DNA of 46,325 nucleotides from a virus: IMG/VR virus record IMGVR_UViG_3300009100_000007; one strand, 5' to 3'. Shown piece by piece: positions 41,682 to 46,325 of this stretch (position 1 is its first letter; each line of letters starts with the position of its first letter). The notes under the pieces were generated by a model. It saw only the letters and a program-made list of their open reading frames with translations, ran no database searches and was not told where the DNA came from. The position numbers and the translations under genes were made by a program.

Positions 41682-42632
41682 GTGGCAATCTACTTTCCTC
41701 CTCCACCGCCGCATATCGGCGCGAGTCAGCCCCTTACCCCAAGCAAGCTGACCCCGCCGACAGGTGCGGCGCCGGTAATAGATCAACCCTTTTCGCGGGG
41801 CTGGCTTTTATCTATCCTCGCCTATCCGCCGGCTATTCCCCTTCCCTATCAGGCGCGCAAACTCTCTCCGGGAATACCCGGTCAGAGTGTAGACAATCCG
41901 CCGAATCGCGCAGCCGACCTTCGCGCGGCCTTAGTTTCATGGCAACCGCCGCAGCCGGCACAGACTTTCTACGCCAAGTTTACGCAGGGTATAGACAATC
42001 CCCCGTTTGGGCTACCGCCGCGCTGGCGCTTCGATGCGCCGCCCATACCGGCACAGGTTCAGTACCCGAGATATATCCATCAGGCGGCAGTCATTGCGGC
42101 GGACAATCCCCCGTTCGGAATGCCTCCCGCTTGGCTCTTTGGCACGCTCGGCCAATGGCAACTCACGCCGCCGACGCCAATTCGTTACAACAGGCTCGTT
42201 CAAGAGTTTGTCGCAGCCGCCGCAGAAAAGCCGCCATTCAATCAGACATGGCTTTGGGGAATTTTAAGCCAGTGGCAAGCGGCTTACTCGATCGTTCAGG
42301 CAAGGCAGTTATCACCCGGCATACCCGGCCAGTCAGTCGATCTACCCCCGTCCAGAACAACTGTCAACTTTATTACCCAGGTAAAGGCGTGGGAACCGTC
42401 TGTCATCATTCCGCAGCGCCAAATCTACCTGCCGCAGCCGGTTATAGTCGCTTCGGTAGACAATCCGCCGCTCGGAATGCCGCCCGATTGGCTCTATTCC
42501 GTACTAACAACCTCATGGCAACCCGGAGCGCCGCTTCCAAAGGTGTTACAGAAGATTTTACAGGAAGGTGCCGCACCAGTTATCGCAAGCGGCCAGAGAG
42601 AAAAACGGAAATGGAGGCGCAGCAGTAGCTAA
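41682..42632 (+). CDS. Pro/Trp-rich repeat protein with seven ~35-40-aa (V/I)DNPPxG-type repeats (316 aa)
   Basis: Recurring VDNPPNR / IDNPPFGLPPRW / ADNPPFGMPPAW / EKPPFNQTWLW / VDLPPSR / VDNPPLGMPPDW, each followed by a W-Q-P/W-E-P motif. This periodic motif identifies the coding frame. Confidence 0.65.
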   Translation: MAIYFPPPPPHIGASQPLTPSKLTPPTGAAPVIDQPFSRGWLLSILAYPPAIPLPYQARKLSPGIPGQSVDNPPNRAADLRAALVSWQPPQPAQTFYAKFTQGIDNPPFGLPPRWRFDAPPIPAQVQYPRYIHQAAVIAADNPPFGMPPAWLFGTLGQWQLTPPTPIRYNRLVQEFVAAAAEKPPFNQTWLWGILSQWQAAYSIVQARQLSPGIPGQSVDLPPSRTTVNFITQVKAWEPSVIIPQRQIYLPQPVIVASVDNPPLGMPPDWLYSVLTTSWQPGAPLPKVLQKILQEGAAPVIASGQREKRKWRRSSS

Positions 42633-42928
42633 TGGCAACTGTTGGCAGATACATTATCTCGGTCACAGCCGCGGACGTGGGGAATGTGGTATTTACCGAC
42701 CCGGTTATCGTGAAGCGAATTCATATCTTAGGGACCGGCGCCACAGTAGCAGGGCACGCCTACCAGCTCGAAGATCCTAGCGGCAATCTGCTCTATCGAA
42801 GTCAGGCCAACGGTGCTTATTACGAGAGCGAGTCAATAACACAGAGGAAATGGACCGGCGGAATCAAAGTCGTCACCCTAGCCAGCGGCGAAATGGATAT
42901 CGAGTACGATTTAGACACGAAATACTAG
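42632..42928 (+). CDS. Hypothetical small beta protein (98 aa)
   Basis: The ATG overlaps the upstream TAA (TAATG). Confidence 0.6.
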   Translation: MATVGRYIISVTAADVGNVVFTDPVIVKRIHILGTGATVAGHAYQLEDPSGNLLYRSQANGAYYESESITQRKWTGGIKVVTLASGEMDIEYDLDTKY

Positions 42929-43116
42929 CAGGGAATATTCGTCCTGCTAATTGGATCAACGCACCATTGCGGTATCCGCGGCGCTTGTGGCGGGTCCATA
43001 AACCCACGCTGAGTTACAGGCTGGTTCCAAAACGCGGCATCACTCGGCAGCGGTTGCTGGACGTAAAAGGTGCAGGCCGATAAAAGAAGCGTGGCGGCGA
43101 ATAGTAGGGTTTTCAT
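42925..43116 (-). CDS. Lipoprotein encoded antisense to the structural operon (63 aa from the ATG at 43116; alternative start 43134)
   Basis: MKTLLFAATLLLSAC has a signal and lipobox (LSAC). It is the only minus-strand ORF in 29.2..46.3 kb. Tail-to-tail CTAG overlap with 42632..42928. Confidence 0.55.
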   Translation of the reverse strand: MKTLLFAATLLLSACTFYVQQPLPSDAAFWNQPVTQRGFMDPPQAPRIPQWCVDPISRTNIPC

Positions 43117-43204
43117 GCTCTTTGCTATAGTCATCTTTTCATTGACAAGCAAGTACGGCCCGTAGTAGATGTAAAGCGTGAGCATCCCACATATAGGATG
43201 CAAG

Positions 43205-43213
43205 CCCCCCCCC
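43205..43213. repeat. Homopolymeric C9 tract (G9 on the minus strand)
   Basis: caagCCCCCCCCCagggg, read directly. Intergenic, between the antisense lipoprotein gene and the capsid gene. Confidence 0.9.
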
Positions 43214-43349
43214 AGGGGCGAGCCGGCGTTAGGGCATAATCTAGCGCAGCCGTTAAATCGGCGAGCAGTGGCTTACCGCATTAGTGAAGCCCGGTTGTCT
43301 GAGAACAGACAGCTGAAAGAGTTACCCAAACTTTTTCAGGAGGCTTCAC

Positions 43350-44351
43350 TTGAACATATACACTTCGCTAGACGACGACACGCAGAGTTTTTATAATAAA
43401 ACCCTGCTTGTCAGAGCGCTCCCTAACTTATTGCACGATAAGTTCGGACAGCAAAAACCTCTCAAAAACAACAGTACCCGCAAGCAGACCTTCAGGCGCT
43501 ATAACGCGCTTTCAACGAACATCACGCCATTGATCGAAGGCGTTACCCCGCTCGGGAAAGATCTGACCAAGACCGACGTTACGGTCACGTTACAGCAGTA
43601 CGGCGATTTTATCACCGCGACTGACGTTGTGACTTGGGTATCCCGCGATCAGGTATTGACCGAGGCGGCGGAAGTCTTAGGCGAGCAAGGCGCGCAGTCG
43701 GTCGATCAGGTTTGGCGCGATGTCCTTGTAGCCGGAACCAACGTGTTTTGCGCTACAGACGATTCCGGCGCTACCGACTCGACCCGCACCAACGTGGACG
43801 GGCTGATTAACGCCATCTTTTTAGATAAGTTGCAGCGCCAGCTTAAACAGCAGAACGCGAAATTCTTTAACAAGATGGTCAACGCCTCCACCGGCGTCGG
43901 AACGGTGCCGATCCGTCAATCCTTTTGGGCGATTACACACCCGGACGTGGAATACACCCTGGAAGGTATTAGCGGATTTCGCGCCATTCACGAATACGGC
44001 CAGCAGCAAAGTGTCATGCAGCCCTACGAAATAGGGGCGTATAAGAATATCCGGTTTTGCTCCACGACATTCGCCAAAATCTTTCTAGGCGGCGGCGCCT
44101 CCACGGCATCGGGCCATAAGGGCACAACCGGCAAGGAAGATGTTTACGCAACTTTGGTGTTCGGCATGAACGCCTACGGCATCGTGCCTCTAACCGGGCA
44201 TTCATTCGAGAACATCGTCAAGCCGTTAGGGTCAGGCGGCACCGCAGACCCGCTCAACCAACGCGCTACTTCTGCATGGAAGGCAATGACCGCGGCGATT
44301 ATCCTTAACGATGCCTTCATGGTACGCGGCGAAACTGGGGCACTGCTCTAA
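43350..44351 (+). CDS. Major capsid protein, N4-gp56-type HK97 fold (333 aa)
   Basis: FYNKTLLVRALPNLLHDKFGQQKPLKNNSTRKQTFRRYNAL is the hallmark N-terminal pattern of this capsid family. AGGAGG lies 6 nt before the TTG start. Confidence 0.85.
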   Translation: MNIYTSLDDDTQSFYNKTLLVRALPNLLHDKFGQQKPLKNNSTRKQTFRRYNALSTNITPLIEGVTPLGKDLTKTDVTVTLQQYGDFITATDVVTWVSRDQVLTEAAEVLGEQGAQSVDQVWRDVLVAGTNVFCATDDSGATDSTRTNVDGLINAIFLDKLQRQLKQQNAKFFNKMVNASTGVGTVPIRQSFWAITHPDVEYTLEGISGFRAIHEYGQQQSVMQPYEIGAYKNIRFCSTTFAKIFLGGGASTASGHKGTTGKEDVYATLVFGMNAYGIVPLTGHSFENIVKPLGSGGTADPLNQRATSAWKAMTAAIILNDAFMVRGETGALL

Positions 44352-44368
44352 TTTAGGAGGACAGACTA

Positions 44369-44797
44369 GTGAAAAGATTCATCAATACGAAAGTCGTTCT
44401 CGAAATAGAGAGCGGCAAGGTTCTAAGTCGCGAGGGGTTTCTGTATGACGGCCCATGCGCGGAGGCAGTAACGGGCTCCACACCAGTCAAGATTGCCGAG
44501 GTGCCTCATACCAACGGCGGCAAACTGGAAATATGGCAGTCAACCGTAACCACAGGCGCTATTGCGGCGGCGACTCAGGAAATAGAGACCTTTGCCATTA
44601 CCGGCGCGCGCGCCCTTGATATGTGCTGGGCAGTGCTTGAGGCGCCCATAGCCAACCTTAACTGCCAAGGGGCGAAGGTAACGGCTACCGATGTGGTTTC
44701 CGTATATCTCGGGAATAACTTCGGTGTCACCACGGCGCTCGCCACTAGCGCGCCGGTTGTAGACATCTTTTTGCTAAAGAGGTCAGTCGCCAGCTAA
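44369..44797 (+). CDS. Capsid-associated protein (decoration-like?) sharing an N-terminal motif with 4061..4939 (142 aa)
   Basis: TAGGAGG RBS and GTG start. Immediately downstream of the capsid gene. N-terminus KVVLEIESGKVLSREGFLYDGPCA. Confidence 0.55.
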   Translation: MKRFINTKVVLEIESGKVLSREGFLYDGPCAEAVTGSTPVKIAEVPHTNGGKLEIWQSTVTTGAIAAATQEIETFAITGARALDMCWAVLEAPIANLNCQGAKVTATDVVSVYLGNNFGVTTALATSAPVVDIFLLKRSVAS

Positions 44798-45394
44798 GTG
44801 AAAATTGGCATTGGCATACCGAACGAGGGAGTCATCAAATTTCAGACGATGCTCTCCCTCGTTCCGGCAATGGTCAACTGTTTAGATATTGCCGACATCA
44901 CTTTTATCGGTATAGGCGGGGCTATTTTACCGTGGCAACGTGAGGATCTTTTCAAGGTTGCGCTAGATAAAGAATGTTCTCACCTGCTGTTTTGCGATAC
45001 CGACATGAAATTTCCGGGCAACGCAATCAGGCAAATGGTGAAGTTGAAAAAAGATATTGTCGGAGTGTGGACATTCAAAAGGAAACTCCCCGAAGAGCCC
45101 ACGGTACACGTCAGAGAAGAAACGAACGATAGTTATATCTGGCGTAACGCCACCGTAGATGAAAGGCCCACAGACCCCTTTTGCCGCATGGCGGGCCGCT
45201 CCATCGCCGTAGGCACCGGGCTAATGCTGATTGACCTGGAGAAAACCAAACAACTAGAAGTGCCGCGCTTTCGGGCGGACTACGGCGGGCCGGGCGAGGA
45301 TCTTTATTTTTGCAATCAGGCGATAAAGGCAGGGCTAGAGGTTTGGTGTGACCCCACAATCCCGGTGAAGCACATCGGGGATTATGAATATTAA
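44798..45394 (+). CDS. GT-A fold glycosyltransferase (family-2-like, 198 aa)
   Basis: HLLFCDTDMKFP (DxD) ... GTGLMLIDL ... GEDLYFCNQAIKAGLEVWCD ... HIG follows the GT2-like pattern. Confidence 0.65.
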   Translation: MKIGIGIPNEGVIKFQTMLSLVPAMVNCLDIADITFIGIGGAILPWQREDLFKVALDKECSHLLFCDTDMKFPGNAIRQMVKLKKDIVGVWTFKRKLPEEPTVHVREETNDSYIWRNATVDERPTDPFCRMAGRSIAVGTGLMLIDLEKTKQLEVPRFRADYGGPGEDLYFCNQAIKAGLEVWCDPTIPVKHIGDYEY

Positions 45395-45710
45395 AGAGCT
45401 TTATAAGAAAATTACCGACTTGAGCCACCCGATCTGCGCGCAGTGTACCCCCCCGTTTCACTGTTGCGCTCCCGTCGGGTGTGCTCAGGCGATGGTGTGG
45501 GCGCGGAGCAGGTACGGTCAGCAACTTAAATACACAAGCGATAATGCAATCAGCACCTTGCCTTATCTTACCAAGACCGGCTGCACCGTCGCCCCGCACC
45601 ATCGCCCGCTTTGCTCGCTATGGCTGTGCCCGGAGGCCGAGGAACGTGCGCCGGATGAATATTGGGAGTTAAAACGAACGATAATGGAGAGAGAACTATG
45701 CCAAAGGTAG
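45384..45710 (+). CDS. YkgJ-type CxxCxxCC cysteine-cluster (Zn/Fe-binding) protein (108 aa)
   Basis: CAQCTPPFHCC ... GCTVAPHHRPLCSLWLC resembles the UPF0153 / putative zinc- or iron-chelating domain. Confidence 0.5.
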   Translation: MNIKELYKKITDLSHPICAQCTPPFHCCAPVGCAQAMVWARSRYGQQLKYTSDNAISTLPYLTKTGCTVAPHHRPLCSLWLCPEAEERAPDEYWELKRTIMERELCQR

Positions 45711-46325
45711 AAATCAAGTCGAAACTCACGACCGAGGCGGCGATGGCGAACCTGACGGACGCCGAAAAGCGGTCCTTAGCCCTGAAACTCCTCGAAGAAA
45801 CAGACCCGCAGGTAGCAGATGCGGTGCATTTGGCCGAGCAGGAGCGCGACACCCAGGCCAAGCTCGACATGGCGCAGCACGACGAGGAGAAACGGCAGCG
45901 AAACGAGAAGCATTACTGGATTGAAATCAACCGCCGCGGCCCGGATGACTCGGAAAGCCACGTTTTCGTAGGCGCCGGCGGCGTGAGCTACTGGATACAG
46001 AAAGACGTGCCGGTGCCCGTACCGAAATCCGTGCTTGACGTGCTCGATATGGCTGTCATTACGGGTCACGTGCCGGTTACGGATGAGGGGCTTGGCGTTA
46101 AGTTCATCAAAAAGATCAAATTCAAGCGTTATCCCTACTCGCGTTTGAGCGAAGCGACCGAAGAGGAAATCACTAAATTCCGCGCCGAGCAGGACGATCT
46201 GCGCAAGGCGGCGGACGATACAGCGATTGGTCAGGAAATGGCCAAGGCGCAGTTACAAAGGGAGTCATTGCTGCACCATGACGATGTACCTTTCATTCCG
46301 GCGTATTTGCAGGGCGAGGTAGAGA
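45698..46325 (+). CDS. Hypothetical capsid/neck-module protein; the ORF runs off the window and closes through the terminal repeat at 132..134 (212 aa in total)
   Basis: ATG at 45698 (MPKVEIKSKL...). No stop before the window end, which is why it is absent from the ORF track. Contains the HVFVGAGGVSYWIQKDVPVPVPKSVLDVLDMAV motif. Confidence 0.6.
   Translation, partial: MPKVEIKSKLTTEAAMANLTDAEKRSLALKLLEETDPQVADAVHLAEQERDTQAKLDMAQHDEEKRQRNEKHYWIEINRRGPDDSESHVFVGAGGVSYWIQKDVPVPVPKSVLDVLDMAVITGHVPVTDEGLGVKFIKKIKFKRYPYSRLSEATEEEITKFRAEQDDLRKAADDTAIGQEMAKAQLQRESLLHHDDVPFIPAYLQGEVE
46203..46325. repeat. Terminal direct repeat, right copy (identical to 1..123)
   Basis: Same 123 nt as the window start. 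Confidence 0.95.

Noticed and set aside
41657-42628. 323-aa ORF overlapping the repeat-protein gene, considered as a real second gene
   Set aside because: The Arg/Ser/Ala-rich product has no periodicity despite the repeated DNA, starts at TTG inside the previous gene and has no RBS. It is treated as a shadow frame but flagged in the findings because of its length.
43142-43170. Promoter for the capsid gene (perfect TTGACA at 43142..43147)
   Set aside because: No acceptable -10 lies at 16-18 nt (GTAGAT/TAGATG). It may be fortuitous or may need an activator.
1-46325. Genome-wide TGA reassignment (genetic code 4 or 25) as the explanation for the two in-frame TGAs
   Set aside because: About 25 ORFs end at TGA, typically in ATGA/GTGA start-stop overlaps with the next gene. 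All large conserved genes (terL, portal, capsid, fibres, the 1286-aa protein) are uninterrupted under the standard code. No suppressor tRNA was found. Only two conserved genes have an internal TGA, both followed by C. Local readthrough is the better fit.

Overview
The window is a complete tailed-phage genome. Bases 1..123 are identical to 46203..46325, so the contig closes on itself (unit length 46202 bp) and one ORF (45698..end) wraps to a stop at 132..134. Nearly all genes are on the + strand in tightly coupled operons with ATGA/GTGA stop-start overlaps. The layout is podovirus-like, and I saw no tape-measure, sheath or tube genes. Gene order: (a) adaptor-like and nozzle-like genes, a Gly-rich fibre, and three large internal-virion-type proteins (131..10171); (b) a 9.8-kb fibre/depolymerase block (10389..20179), followed by an SLT lysozyme; (c) a consensus sigma70 promoter at 20765 driving about 20 small early ORFs, including RHH regulators, an SSB-like protein and a Cas4-like PD-(D/E)XK exonuclease; (d) a 472-nt ORF-free island, then VRR-NUC and HNH nucleases; (e) a minus-strand cluster of small Zn-ribbon ORFs (26614..28836); (f) terS-like and terL genes, a PAPS-reductase-like gene plus a SAM methyltransferase, small ORFs, portal, scaffold-like gene and an Endo VII HNH; (g) a membrane-protein/holin-like cluster, eight unknown ORFs, an N4-gp56-type major capsid protein, a GT-A glycosyltransferase and a CxxCxxCC protein. 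I found no DNA or RNA polymerase, primase/helicase, integrase, tRNA or CRISPR array. Most notable observations: (1) five consecutive late ORFs, including a 1251-aa bona fide tail-fibre protein, start with classical Sec or lipoprotein signal peptides. (2) Two conserved-domain genes (the Cas4-like exonuclease and a PLA2-like ORF in the lysis cluster) are each interrupted by an in-frame TGA followed by C, with the conserved remainder of the domain continuing downstream. This suggests programmed UGA readthrough or local recoding. (3) The ORF-free island holds a self-contained minus-strand small-RNA unit: perfect -35, extended -10, about 75 nt, then a 10-bp tetraloop terminator with a U6 tail. All functional calls come from motif recognition by eye and synteny; no database search was run.
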